From assembly GCA_947631765.1 (NCBI GenBank), contig CANRMP010000001.1, positions 139,587 to 203,586 of the forward strand: a stretch of 64,000 nt of DNA, written 5' to 3'. The DNA comes from an uncultured Clostridia bacterium (GTDB lineage Bacteria > Bacillota > Clostridia > Oscillospirales > CAG-272). The notes under the pieces are model-generated. The model ran no database searches and was not told the origin of the DNA. It saw only the letters and a list, made by a program, of their open reading frames with translations. Shown piece after piece: positions 28,404 through 38,030 of this stretch. Position 1 is the stretch's first letter, and each line of letters starts with the position of its first letter. A program made the translations under genes and the position numbers.

Positions 28404-30527
28404 TTATGTAAGCTTGCCGCAAAACACAACCGTCTTTTTTAACTTGTCGTATTTTTCGTTGCTGTATGAGTGATTTGAAGCTATGGCAATTATTTTCTCG
28501 TCTTTTTTGTTGCCGCTGTCGGGCGAGTATAAAATATCGGCTGCGGTGCTTTCAAAAGAAAGAGATATTAAAGGATGAGAGGCGGCGCCCGAGGCGTCGA
28601 TTCTCAGCGTGTAATAATACTTGTAAACGCTGTCGCCGTAATTTTGCACGCTCACGTTGACGCCTCTTTTTTCGGCGTTTTCCCTTAGTGCAAATTCAAG
28701 GTCGGGCTCGTCAATAAAGAGTACAAGTCTTTCTATTGCGGGATAGTCCTCGATTATCCGACTTATCGAAGACAGTGTGCCCGTGTGAAAATGAGTCAGC
28801 ACCAGGCAGTCGACCTTTGTCACGCCGTCCTCTTCGGTACGCTCTATGGCATCCGACAAAAAGGAATAGCCCGCAAAGGAGTTTTCGACAAGCGTCGCAC
28901 GGTTGTGACTTACAAAGGAGAGAGCATCCGAACGCCCGTCGGTAAGATATATTACCTTTAAATCGTTGTAAGACACGGTAAAGGAGACGATATACAGGCA
29001 CATGAGCGACACAAGGTATAGCCCGAAGGGGATAAAAGCGGTATATTTGCGTTTAAAGCATATAAGGCAGAGCAGAATAAGACAAATTGCGACAATGCCC
29101 GCGGCTTTTGCAAAGCTTCCGTCAAAAGAGAGGGTAAAACCGTCCGAAAACGAATAAAATCCCCGACAGAGAAATATTATAAGGGAGGACAGCGCCTTGA
29201 CGGGAAAGCTTATTGCAAAAGCGATAAAAGGAATAAAGGAAAAAAGCACAATACAGGGTATAAGATATACGCAAAGGGTTATAAGAGGGAGAAAAATAAG
29301 GTTTGATATCGGAGAAATAAGCGAAATGTACCCGAAATAATATATGGTATAGGGCAGTGTAAAGAGATTTGCGCACAAGGTCAGAATACATACCGAAAGC
29401 ACATACACCGAAAAGCGGTTTTTAATCGCTTGGCGTAGGCTTTTTATAATTCGCGCACCTAAGGTTATTATCCCGAGGGTTGAGAAGAAGGAAAGGTGAA
29501 GCCCGATATCGAGAATCGATTTCGGAGAGAGAATACATATAACGCTTACCGCGGCGGCAAGAGTTGTCGGAGGATCCTTTCGCCTTCGTGAAAACTCGGA
29601 GAGAATGTAAATGGCGTACATGAAATACGCGCGCAGAATTGAGGGAGAAAGACCTGCGACAAAGGAATATACAAGTCCGGATACAAGAACAACTATAAGT
29701 CTTGCCGATTTTTTAAGCTTAAAAAGCGAAAGAAGCAGTGTCATAAATCCCATCAGGATTCCAAGATGCAGACCGCTTATTGCAAGCGCGTGAGAAATGC
29801 CGAGCGCAGAGAAGGCGTTTTTTATGTTGCTGCTTAGGAAACTCTTGTCGCCATACATCAAAGCCTTTGACAAGGCAAGGCTGTCGCCCTCAAGGTATCT
29901 TGCAAGAATATGGGAAATAGAGGCGCGAAGCTTTGCACAATGAGTGTACGGGAATATTGCAACATCACCTTCAGAAAAGGTCACCTTGTTTTCATCGTCA
30001 ACTTGGGTTTGGCAGAGTATGCCGCGCGAGAGGTTGTAGCTTTCTTTTAGCGAAAGCTTTGTAAAGCTCGGCTCGATTTGCGGCTCGTCAAGGCGTATAA
30101 GATCGCCTGTTTCATAATCGCTTGCAAAGCTTGTTGAAAGCCTCACCATTACTCCCGCCTTCTTGTTGTCGACGGATTTAAGGTATGCGGTGTAGCTTAC
30201 ATAGTAGTCATAATCGCCTGTCTTTTCTATTATAACCAGCTCGGCGCTCTTATGAGTGCCCGACGCCGCCTGCAATTTTTTTAGGCATAATAGGTCAAAG
30301 GCAGCATAGCTTAAAACAAGGGAGAAAATAATCGGAACAATAATAACGCACGCCAAAGCGGAAATCTGATTTTTTCTGAAAATACAGACAATAAGTGATA
30401 AAAACACTAAAAGAAGCAGGGCAAAAGCAAGCTTTAAGGGAGAAAAGAAGAGACTTGAAAGAAAGAGGGAAACAAGAAAAATAAAGAGCGTAACACAAAG
30501 CGGACGGCGTGAAAGCTGAAAATCCAT
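28404..30527 (-). CDS. comEC: DNA internalisation competence protein ComEC/Rec2 with C-terminal metallo-beta-lactamase domain
   Basis: 707 aa. Competence-domain motif ALGISHALAISGLHLGIL, many TM helices, and the C-terminal VLTHFHTG motif (HxHxDH-like). Confidence 0.88.
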   Translation of the reverse strand: MDFQLSRRPLCVTLFIFLVSLFLSSLFFSPLKLAFALLLLVFLSLIVCIFRKNQISALACVIIVPIIFSLVLSYAAFDLLCLKKLQAASGTHKSAELVIIEKTGDYDYYVSYTAYLKSVDNKKAGVMVRLSTSFASDYETGDLIRLDEPQIEPSFTKLSLKESYNLSRGILCQTQVDDENKVTFSEGDVAIFPYTHCAKLRASISHILARYLEGDSLALSKALMYGDKSFLSSNIKNAFSALGISHALAISGLHLGILMGFMTLLLSLFKLKKSARLIVVLVSGLVYSFVAGLSPSILRAYFMYAIYILSEFSRRRKDPPTTLAAAVSVICILSPKSILDIGLHLSFFSTLGIITLGARIIKSLRQAIKNRFSVYVLSVCILTLCANLFTLPYTIYYFGYISLISPISNLIFLPLITLCVYLIPCIVLFSFIPFIAFAISFPVKALSSLIIFLCRGFYSFSDGFTLSFDGSFAKAAGIVAICLILLCLICFKRKYTAFIPFGLYLVSLMCLYIVSFTVSYNDLKVIYLTDGRSDALSFVSHNRATLVENSFAGYSFLSDAIERTEEDGVTKVDCLVLTHFHTGTLSSISRIIEDYPAIERLVLFIDEPDLEFALRENAEKRGVNVSVQNYGDSVYKYYYTLRIDASGAASHPLISLSFESTAADILYSPDSGNKKDEKIIAIASNHSYSNEKYDKLKKTVVFCGKLT

Positions 30528-30545
30528 ATGTACTTTAAATAAAGC

Positions 30546-30570
30546 GCAAGGCGACCTTATGCCGCCTTGC
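30546..30570 (-). terminator. Terminator of hup
   Basis: Stem GCAAGGCG / CGCCTTGC, followed on the minus strand by GCTTTATTT. Confidence 0.65.
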
Positions 30571-30597
30571 TCCTAAAATTTCTATGTTACGGGAATA

Positions 30598-30870
30598 TCA
30601 GTTCAGCTTTTCACGAAGAGACTTCGTTGCCTTGAACGCGACGGTCTTGCTTTCGGGAATGTCGATAGGCTGCTTTGTTGCGGGGCTGATGCCTTTTCTT
30701 GCAGCTCTTGTTCTGATTTCGAATGTGCCGAATCCTGAAATTGACACATTGTCACCCTCAGAAAGCGCGGAATAAATTGTTCCGATGACAGTATCGACCA
30801 TTGCTTTCGCATCCTTATTCTTTATTCCTGCCTTCTCTGAAATAACGGTAATAAGATCGTTCTTTGTCAT
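30598..30870 (-). CDS. hup: HU family nucleoid-associated DNA-binding protein
   Basis: 90 aa. MTKNDLI..., GFGTFEIRTRAARKG.NP.T-like arm, and ATKSLREKLN at the C-terminus. Confidence 0.96.
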   Translation of the reverse strand: MTKNDLITVISEKAGIKNKDAKAMVDTVIGTIYSALSEGDNVSISGFGTFEIRTRAARKGISPATKQPIDIPESKTVAFKATKSLREKLN

Positions 30871-31164
30871 TTTTCTTTCTCCTTGTTTTTTTGTGTTTGT
30901 TTTGTACTAAAGAATTATAGCACTTTTTTTTACAAATGTAAACGTTTTTATCGATAAATCTGCATTTTTGTTAAATACATATAAATTTCAATGGTAATAA
31001 CCGACTATTTATTTTCTGTTTTTGTGTAATTATGACAAACAAACCATACTGTCTAAAATATTGTACGCAATCTAAACTGCCTTGAAATTTTTTAAAACAT
31101 GTATTGAAAAATTATTCGTTTTGTGATAACATATATGTAAGTTTAATGAAAGGCAGCTTTCGAC

Positions 31165-31776
31165 ATGAAAAGAGAGAGAAGAGACGATATAGTCGCAAGG
31201 GTTGACGACGCTTTTAAGAATCCGGGATACGCCGAGTATTCGGTGGATAAAACCGTTGAGGGAAAATATAAAATGCAAAGAACGCTTATGATTCTTGCTT
31301 ACATATTCGGGTCAATAATAGTTGCGGGTATTGTTATTGCAATTATCAGCGTTGTAAGCGCTTTGGGTATGTTTGCGGTCGTGCTGGTCGCCTTGGTGCC
31401 TCTTGCTTTGTGGATAACGGTGCATTTTACATGGGGCTTTGTATCTATTGAATACAAATACGTCATAGACCACAGCGAGTTCGCCCTTTACACGGTTTAC
31501 GGCGGAAAAAAGGAAAAGCTAACCTTCAAGTGCAAAATGAAGGAATTTGAGCTTATAGCCCCGTATAACGATTACAAGGGAAGGCTTGAAGGCTTTAAGG
31601 CGGACAAAACGATTGAAGCGGTGCCTTCAATGAACGCCGGAGATATTTATATTGCGCTTCACACCGATGAGAATCACGTCAGAACGGCTCTGCTTTTTCA
31701 GGTGACAAATTACACCTTAAGGGCGTTTAAGTACTACAACAAGGACGCGCTTGTTATGACCGAAGCCGCAAGATAA
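31165..31776 (+). CDS. Hypothetical membrane protein (2 TM, cytoplasmic C-domain)
   Basis: 203 aa with two adjacent hydrophobic helices at residues ~40-95. No family recognised. Confidence 0.45.
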   Translation: MKRERRDDIVARVDDAFKNPGYAEYSVDKTVEGKYKMQRTLMILAYIFGSIIVAGIVIAIISVVSALGMFAVVLVALVPLALWITVHFTWGFVSIEYKYVIDHSEFALYTVYGGKKEKLTFKCKMKEFELIAPYNDYKGRLEGFKADKTIEAVPSMNAGDIYIALHTDENHVRTALLFQVTNYTLRAFKYYNKDALVMTEAAR

Positions 31777-31785
31777 ACAAAATTA

Positions 31786-31814
31786 TTGACAAAATTCAAA
31801 TTAAGGTATATAAT
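31786..31814 (+). promoter_or_regulatory. Consensus sigma-A promoter in front of the hyd maturation operon leader
   Basis: TTGACA (31786-31791), a 17-nt spacer, then TATAAT (31809-31814). Confidence 0.7.
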
Positions 31815-31887
31815 ATTTTCACCTGATATCAGGACTTATGTCCGAAGGCAAGGCGATAAAACTTATTTATTTTATTATTTAAGCTAT

Positions 31888-31930
31888 GCTTTCCGTCTTG
31901 CTTTTTGCCGGACGGAAGGCTTATTTTTTA
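31888..31930 (+). terminator. Intrinsic terminator inside the leader (attenuator, or the 3' end of a roughly 100-nt sRNA)
   Basis: GCTTTCCGTC (31888-97) pairs with GACGGAAGGC (31911-20): 10 bp with one G-U and a 13-nt loop. TTATTTTTTA follows. It lies about 50 nt before the TM1266-type gene. Confidence 0.6.
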
Positions 31931-31978
31931 TAAAAAGGCAACTTTTAAAGACTGCCGAAGGAAGGGAATATTACAGTC

Positions 31979-32236
31979 ATGGAAAAACGCGTTGCAATTA
32001 TCGGAATAATAGTGGAGAACACCGACTCGGTCGAAAAGCTCAACTCTATTCTTCACGAATACGGAAGCCTTATAATAGGGAGAATGGGGATCCCGTACAG
32101 AGAAAAAAATATAAACATAATAAGTATTGCGCTTGACGCTCCTCAGGACGTTATATCAAATATTTCCGGGAGAATAGGAAATCTGCCGGGAGTAAGCGTC
32201 AAGACCGCATTTTCAAATGTGATAACCAATGAATGA
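31979..32236 (+). CDS. TM1266-family putative iron-only hydrogenase system regulator (ACT/NikR-C-like small protein)
   Basis: 85 aa. RVAIIGIIVEN...LNSILHEYGSLIIGRMGIPYREKNINIISIALDAP...GVSVKTAFS matches my recollection of the family. It sits directly before hydE. Confidence 0.8.
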   Translation: MEKRVAIIGIIVENTDSVEKLNSILHEYGSLIIGRMGIPYREKNINIISIALDAPQDVISNISGRIGNLPGVSVKTAFSNVITNE

Positions 32237-33284
32237 AAGACAAAAATATCTTGCCGATAAGCTTGAAAATGAACATTCGCTCAGCCTTGCGGAGTATGAG
32301 GAGCTTTTGGTAAGCCGAACGCCCGAGCTTGCAAGCCTTCTTGCAGGTCGGGCAGTCAGCCTCAGAAAAAGCATATATAAAAACCATGTTTATGTGCGCG
32401 GGCTTATCGAAATAAGCAATATATGCAAAAACGACTGCTACTATTGCGGTATCAGAAAAAGCAATAAAAACGTGCAAAGGTACAGGCTTGAAAAGGAAGA
32501 CATTCTGTCCTGCGCCGAAGAGGGCTACCGTCTCGGATTTCGCACCTTTGTCCTTCAAGGCGGCGAGGACGCATTCTTTACAGATGCATATCTTTGCGAT
32601 ATTATCCGTAATATCAAAGAAAGACACCCCGACACTGCGCTGACTCTTTCTTTGGGCGAGCGTAGCCGTGAAAGCTATATTGCGCTTTTTGAGGCAGGCG
32701 CCGACAGGTACCTGCTACGCCACGAAACGGCAGACAAAGAGCATTATAAAAAGCTTCACCCTGTCGGCATGTCATATGACAACCGAATGGAATGTCTCAG
32801 AATACTGCGCGAGACAGGCTATCAGGTGGGATGCGGCTTTATGGTGGGCTCCCCCTTTCAAACCTACGCGGAAATAGCAAAGGATTTAAAGTTTATTGAG
32901 AGGTTTAAGCCGGATATGTGCGGAATAGGTCCTTTTATTCCGCATCACGACACATGCTTTAAGGATATGCCCGCCGGTACGCTCGAGCTTACCTGCTTTT
33001 TGCTCTCGGTGATAAGAATAATTTACCCGAGCGTTTTGCTTCCCGCCACCACCGCTTTGGGAACCATAGACCCGCGCGGCAGGGAACGCGGTATACTTGC
33101 CGGGGCAAATGTGGTGATGCCGAATCTTTCCCCCGTTTCGGTGCGCAAAAAGTACGAGCTGTACGACAACAAAATCTGCACAGGCGAGGAATCCGCCGAG
33201 TGCGTTAAATGTCTTAGTGACAGAATGAAATCAATAGGATATGAAATTGTCACCTCACGCGGTGATATAATAAAGAATAAATAA
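32229..33284 (+). CDS. hydE: [FeFe]-hydrogenase H-cluster radical SAM maturase HydE
   Basis: Radical SAM CxxxCxxC motif (CKNDCYYCGIR), a biotin-synthase-like fold, and gene order hydE-hydG-hydF. Confidence 0.9.
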   Translation: MNERQKYLADKLENEHSLSLAEYEELLVSRTPELASLLAGRAVSLRKSIYKNHVYVRGLIEISNICKNDCYYCGIRKSNKNVQRYRLEKEDILSCAEEGYRLGFRTFVLQGGEDAFFTDAYLCDIIRNIKERHPDTALTLSLGERSRESYIALFEAGADRYLLRHETADKEHYKKLHPVGMSYDNRMECLRILRETGYQVGCGFMVGSPFQTYAEIAKDLKFIERFKPDMCGIGPFIPHHDTCFKDMPAGTLELTCFLLSVIRIIYPSVLLPATTALGTIDPRGRERGILAGANVVMPNLSPVSVRKKYELYDNKICTGEESAECVKCLSDRMKSIGYEIVTSRGDIIKNK

Positions 33285-33324
33285 AAATAAAGTATAACGC
33301 CAAATAAGGCGAAAAGGAGAAAAA

Positions 33325-34773
33325 ATGGCAGTATATAATCCGAAATCACTTAAAGCCGAAGAATTTATAAACCATGAAGAAATAGAGGAAACTCTTGAGT
33401 ACGCCGAGAAAAACAAGAACAACGTAGAGCTAATCGACGAGATTTTAAATAAAGCCCGTCCGAAAAAGGACGGAAAGAGCGTCACCTGCGCGGGTCTTAC
33501 TCACAGAGAAGCCTCCGTGCTGCTTGCCTGCGATATTCCCGAAAAGGTCGAAGAGATATACAAAATCGCCGAGGAGATAAAGCTTGCCTTTTACGGCAAC
33601 AGAATCGTGCTTTTTGCGCCCCTCTACCTTTCAAATTACTGCGTGAACGGCTGCTTGTACTGCCCGTATCATTACAAGAACAAGCACATACCTCGCCGCA
33701 AGCTCACGCAGGAGGAGGTTGAAAAGGAGGTTATTGCGCTTCAGGATATGGGTCACAAGCGCCTTGCCATTGAGGCGGGCGAGGACCCTGTCAATAACCC
33801 CATCGAGTATATTCTTGACTGCATAAAGACAATTTACGGCATAAAGCACAAAAACGGCGCTATACGCCGCGTGAATGTGAATATTGCGGCAACCACGGTT
33901 GAAAACTACAGAAAGCTCAAAGAAGCGGGTATCGGCACCTATATTCTCTTTCAGGAAACCTATCACAAGGAAAGCTATGAAAAGCTCCACCCCACGGGTC
34001 CAAAGCACAATTACGCCTACCACACCGAGGCAATGGACCGCGCAATGGAAGGCGGTATAGATGACGTCGGACTCGGAGTGCTGTTCGGACTTGAGCTCTA
34101 TAAATACGAGTTTGCGGGGCTTATCATGCACGCCGAACACCTTGAAGCGGTGCACGGGGTGGGGCCCCACACAATAAGCGTACCCCGCGTCAAAAGAGCG
34201 GACGACATCGACCCCGACGCCTTTGACAATTCGATATCCGACGAGACGTTTGCAAAAATTGCCGCCTGCATAAGGCTTGCCGTGCCGTATACCGGAATGA
34301 TCATTTCAACCCGCGAAAGCGAGGCAGTGCGCACAAAGCTTTTGCGGCTCGGCGTTTCGCAGGTAAGCGGCGGCTCCCGCACCTCTGTGGGAGGCTACGC
34401 CGAGAAGGAGCGCCCGCACGACACCGAGCAGTTTGACGTTTCAGACCAGCGCTCGCTTGACGAGGTGGTGTGCTGGCTTATGGAAAACGGTCATATACCC
34501 TCATTCTGCACCGCCTGCTACAGAGAGGGCAGAACGGGCGACCGCTTTATGAGTCTATGTAAAAGCGGTCAGATACTCAACTGCTGTCACCCCAACGCGC
34601 TTATGACGCTTACCGAGTATCTTGTCGACTACGCCTCCGAAAAGACCAAAAAGGTCGGCTTTGAGCTTATCGAAAAAGAGCTTGAAAAGATACCTAACGA
34701 GAAGGTAAAGTCAATAGCAAGGGAAAATATCGAAAACATTAAAAATTCAAACCGCCGCGACTTCAGGTTTTAA
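33325..34773 (+). CDS. hydG: [FeFe]-hydrogenase H-cluster radical SAM maturase HydG
   Basis: 482 aa. CVNGCLYCPY radical SAM motif. The C-terminal CxxC...C cluster region (FCTACYREGRTGD..., CKSGQILNCCHPN) is typical of ThiH/HydG. Confidence 0.92.
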   Translation: MAVYNPKSLKAEEFINHEEIEETLEYAEKNKNNVELIDEILNKARPKKDGKSVTCAGLTHREASVLLACDIPEKVEEIYKIAEEIKLAFYGNRIVLFAPLYLSNYCVNGCLYCPYHYKNKHIPRRKLTQEEVEKEVIALQDMGHKRLAIEAGEDPVNNPIEYILDCIKTIYGIKHKNGAIRRVNVNIAATTVENYRKLKEAGIGTYILFQETYHKESYEKLHPTGPKHNYAYHTEAMDRAMEGGIDDVGLGVLFGLELYKYEFAGLIMHAEHLEAVHGVGPHTISVPRVKRADDIDPDAFDNSISDETFAKIAACIRLAVPYTGMIISTRESEAVRTKLLRLGVSQVSGGSRTSVGGYAEKERPHDTEQFDVSDQRSLDEVVCWLMENGHIPSFCTACYREGRTGDRFMSLCKSGQILNCCHPNALMTLTEYLVDYASEKTKKVGFELIEKELEKIPNEKVKSIARENIENIKNSNRRDFRF

Positions 34774-34782
34774 GGAGAATGT

Positions 34783-35991
34783 ATGGGTTTAAATGACGTA
34801 ATATCCGCCGAGCGCCCGCACATAGTTTTTTTCGGTATGCGCAATGCGGGAAAATCGAGCGTTGTTAATGCAGTCACCGGGCAGGAGCTTGCCCTTGTAT
34901 CCGAGATTAAGGGAACCACAACCGATCCGGTTAAAAAGGCAATGGAGCTTTTGCCGCTCGGACCGGTTGTAATTGTCGACACCCCGGGAATTGACGACGC
35001 GGGTTACCTCGGAGAGCTCAGAGTAAAGAAGGCAAAACAGGCGCTGACATATACAAATATCGCGGTTCTTGTGGTTGACGTCTCGGCAGGCTTGAGCGCC
35101 GCCGACAGAGAGCTTATCGCCGCGTTTGAGGAAAAAAACATTCCGTATATTACAGCTTTCAACAAGTGCGACCTTCTTGAAGCTGTTCCGGAAAATTCGC
35201 AAAACTCAATATACGTCAGTGCCAAGACAGGCTATAATATATATGAGCTCAAGGAAATGCTTGCCCGCGTGATAAAAGAGAGCGGGGAAGAGGACAAAAA
35301 GCTTGTTTCGGACATTTTAACTCCGGGCGACATTGCGGTTCTTGTGGTTCCGATTGACAAAGCGGCACCCAAGGGCAGACTGATTTTGCCGCAGCAGCAG
35401 ACAATACGCGACCTGCTTGACAGCGGCTGTGTTTCGGTGGTCTGTCGTGACAGCGAGCTAAAAGAAACGCTGAATAAGATTCAAAAGCCGAAAATTGTCA
35501 TAACCGATTCCCAAGCCTTTGAGAGGGTGGCAAAAGAGACGCCCAAGGACATACTTATGACCTCTTTTTCGATTCTTTTTGCCCGCTACAAGGGCGCGCT
35601 CCCACAGCTTATAGAGGGCGCTTCAAAGCTTGATAACCTTCATGACGGCGATATAATTCTGATATCCGAGGGCTGCACCCATCACCGCCAGTGCGATGAT
35701 ATCGGCACGGTGAAGCTTCCGGCGTGGATAAAAAAGTACACCGGCAAAGCGCTTGACTTTGAGTTTTCCTCGGGAAAGGGCTTTCCGGAGGACCTCTCGA
35801 AATATTCGCTTGTTGTCCATTGCGGAGCCTGTATGCTGAGCGTTAAGGAGCTTGCCGCCCGCACGGAGCTTGCAAAAAAGCAGAAAATACCCATGACTAA
35901 TTACGGCATGACGATAGCTCACGTGCACGGCGTGCTCCGCCGCGCACTTGCCCCTTTTCCCGACGTTTTGAAAATACTTGATAAAAACTGA
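34783..35991 (+). CDS. hydF: [FeFe]-hydrogenase maturation GTPase HydF
   Basis: P-loop GMRNAGKSS, DTPG, NKCD, and the C-terminal cluster motif EGCTHHRQCDD...VHCGAC. Confidence 0.92.
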   Translation: MGLNDVISAERPHIVFFGMRNAGKSSVVNAVTGQELALVSEIKGTTTDPVKKAMELLPLGPVVIVDTPGIDDAGYLGELRVKKAKQALTYTNIAVLVVDVSAGLSAADRELIAAFEEKNIPYITAFNKCDLLEAVPENSQNSIYVSAKTGYNIYELKEMLARVIKESGEEDKKLVSDILTPGDIAVLVVPIDKAAPKGRLILPQQQTIRDLLDSGCVSVVCRDSELKETLNKIQKPKIVITDSQAFERVAKETPKDILMTSFSILFARYKGALPQLIEGASKLDNLHDGDIILISEGCTHHRQCDDIGTVKLPAWIKKYTGKALDFEFSSGKGFPEDLSKYSLVVHCGACMLSVKELAARTELAKKQKIPMTNYGMTIAHVHGVLRRALAPFPDVLKILDKN

Positions 35992-36005
35992 AAGACGACA
36001 TATGG

Positions 36006-36055
36006 AGCGTTTATCCCGAGGAAAAATCCAAGGGATGAACGCTTTTTCGTTTTCT
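36006..36055 (+). terminator. Terminator after hydF
   Basis: Stem AGCGTTTATCCC ... GGGATGAACGCT, followed by TTTTTCGTTTTC. Confidence 0.65.
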
Positions 36056-36208
36056 TTGCGCCTTTGCGGCAAAAGCGCACAAAATATTCGGCGCTCTCAA
36101 AGGAGGCGCCGCAAGAGCGCCGAGAAAGGAAAGATTTGAAGCCTTTTCGGAGGCAAAAAAGAAAAATTAAAAAGCCGAAATATTTTTTTGCCAAAAGGTT
36201 TGCAATAT

Positions 36209-36237
36209 TTGCGGGAATATGTTATAATAACTGTGCT
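36209..36237 (+). promoter_or_regulatory. Candidate sigma-A promoter of the LRR lipoprotein gene
   Basis: TTGCAA (36209-14), a 17-nt spacer, then TATAAT (36232-37) with a TG at -15/-14. Confidence 0.6.
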
Positions 36238-36336
36238 AAAATAAAAACGGTCAAAATGACCAAAAAGGAGAGAAAAATGAAAAAAATTATCTCAATCATT
36301 CTGACCCTTACCACCGCGGCGGTGTTCGCGTCGTGC

Positions 36337-36345
36337 GGGGGGGGG
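36337..36345 (+). repeat. Homopolymeric G9 tract at the signal-peptide/mature-protein junction
   Basis: Counted directly: tgc GGGGGGGGG taa. It lies immediately after the lipobox Cys codon. Confidence 0.95.
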
Positions 36346-36529
36346 TAATACCGGAAATACCTCTGACCTGTCAGGCGTAACGGGGACGACTGCTCCGACA
36401 GTAACGACAGATCCCACTCAATCACAAGAGCCGATTCCCGACAGCCAAGGCTTGCTGTACGAGTTGAACGAAGCAGGCGATGCGTACACGGTTGTCGGAA
36501 TTGCGGAATCCGCAAATTCCGATATTGAA

Positions 36530-38030
36530 ATTCCGGCAACGCACGAGGGACTGCCGGTGACGGCAATTGGTAAAGATGCCTTCAATGGTTACCTCTTCCA
36601 TAAATATATTGAAATCATTACAATTCCTGCCAGCGTGACATTGATTGGTGAGCGTGCCTTTGCTTATTGCGCAAGGCTTACAAGTATTACTGTTGATAAA
36701 GGAAATCCCGTATATCACAGTTCCGGGAACTGTTTAATTGAAACAGAAGGAAAAGTGCTTATCGCCGGATGCAAAACCAGTGAAATTCCGAGTGACGGTA
36801 GTGTGACGACAATCGGAGAGGAGGCCTTTGAGGGTTGCGCAAGTTTGACAAGTATCACGATTCCTGACAGCGTGACGGAGATTGGCATGCAAGCCTTCTC
36901 AAACTGCATCGGTCTTGCGAGTATTACCATACCGGGCAGTGTGAAGACAATCGGCGAATCTGCCTTTGAAGGTTGCACAGGTTTGACAAGTATCACGGTT
37001 GCCGAAGGAAATCCCGTATATCACAGTGCGGGTAACTGCCTTATTGAAACAGAAGCAAAAGTCCTGATTTTGGGTTGCAAAACCAGTGAGATCCCAAGTG
37101 ACGGAAGTGTGACGAAAATTGGCGATGCTGCTTTTGGTAGATGTGAAGGTTTGACAAACATCACAATTCCGGATGGAGTGATGGTAATTGGAGAAGCTGC
37201 CTTTTGGAGTTGCTCAGGTCTCACAAGTATTACGATACCGGATGGCGTAACGACCATTGGCGACGGAGCCTTTGAATACTGCGAAGGGCTGACAAGCATC
37301 ACGATACCGGACAGCGTTACGACAATCGGCGACTCCGTATTCAGCAACTGCACAGGTCTTACAAGCATAACTATACCTGATGGCGTAACGACAATCGGCG
37401 GCGGCACCTTTGCAGCGTGCACAGGTCTTACAAGCATTACAATTCCTGATAGCATTACAAAAATTGGTGGGTATGCCTTTTCTGGTTGTGAAGGTCTTAC
37501 AAGCATAACGATACCAGATGGTGTAACGATAATCGACTACTCCGCTTTCGGCCATTGCACAGGTCTTACAAGCATAACTATACCTGATGGCGTTACGACA
37601 ATCGGCGACTCCGTATTCAGCAACTGCACAGGTCTTACAAGCATAACGATACCAGACAGTGTAACTGCAATCGGTGACTTCGCCTTTTGGTATTCTGGTC
37701 TTACAAGTATAACAATTCCGAACAGCGTAACTGCAATCGGCGACTCCGCCTTTGAAAGTTGCACGGGTCTTACGAGCATAACGATACCGGACAGCGTTAT
37801 AGAGATTGGCCACTCGGCTTTTTATGGTTGCTTTGGTCTTGTGAGTGTTACCATACCGGGTAGCGTGGCAACAATCGGTGATCGTGCCTTTAGTGGTTGC
37901 ACAGGGCTTACAAGCATCATCATCTCGGATGGCGTGACGGAGATTGGCATGCAAGCCTTCTCAAACTGCATCGGTCTTGCGAGTATTACCATACCGGGCA
38001 GTGTGAAGACAATCGGCGAGGATCCCTTTT
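36530..38030 (+). repeat. In-frame 69-bp-periodic LRR coding repeats, including long identical direct repeats
   Basis: An 89-bp stretch gcgtgacggagattggcatgcaagcc...gaagacaatcggcga occurs at about 36869-36957 and again at 37932-38020. A further block of ~57 bp (cgttacgacaatcggcgactccgtattcagcaactgcacaggtcttacaagcataac) occurs at 37315 and 37591, an offset of 276 = 4 x 69 bp. Confidence 0.85.

Noticed and set aside
36056-36130. A cluster of short GC-rich palindromes (GGCGCTCT...AGAGCGCC and GCGC...GCGC) after the hydF terminator.
   Set aside because: I could not derive a consistent structure or repeat family by eye. They are possibly just additional terminator-proximal hairpins, which is insufficient evidence for a feature.
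37021-37954. Several long minus-strand ORFs (161 aa, 246 aa, 80 aa, 77 aa) inside the LRR gene.
   Set aside because: They are periodic shadows of the 69-bp coding repeat, and the same low-complexity peptide recurs. The plus strand carries the clear LRR consensus.
36530-38030. Regular ~69-bp periodicity that could superficially resemble a CRISPR array.
   Set aside because: The repeats are contiguous with no unique spacers, are in frame, and encode the BspA LRR consensus. No cas genes or leader are present.
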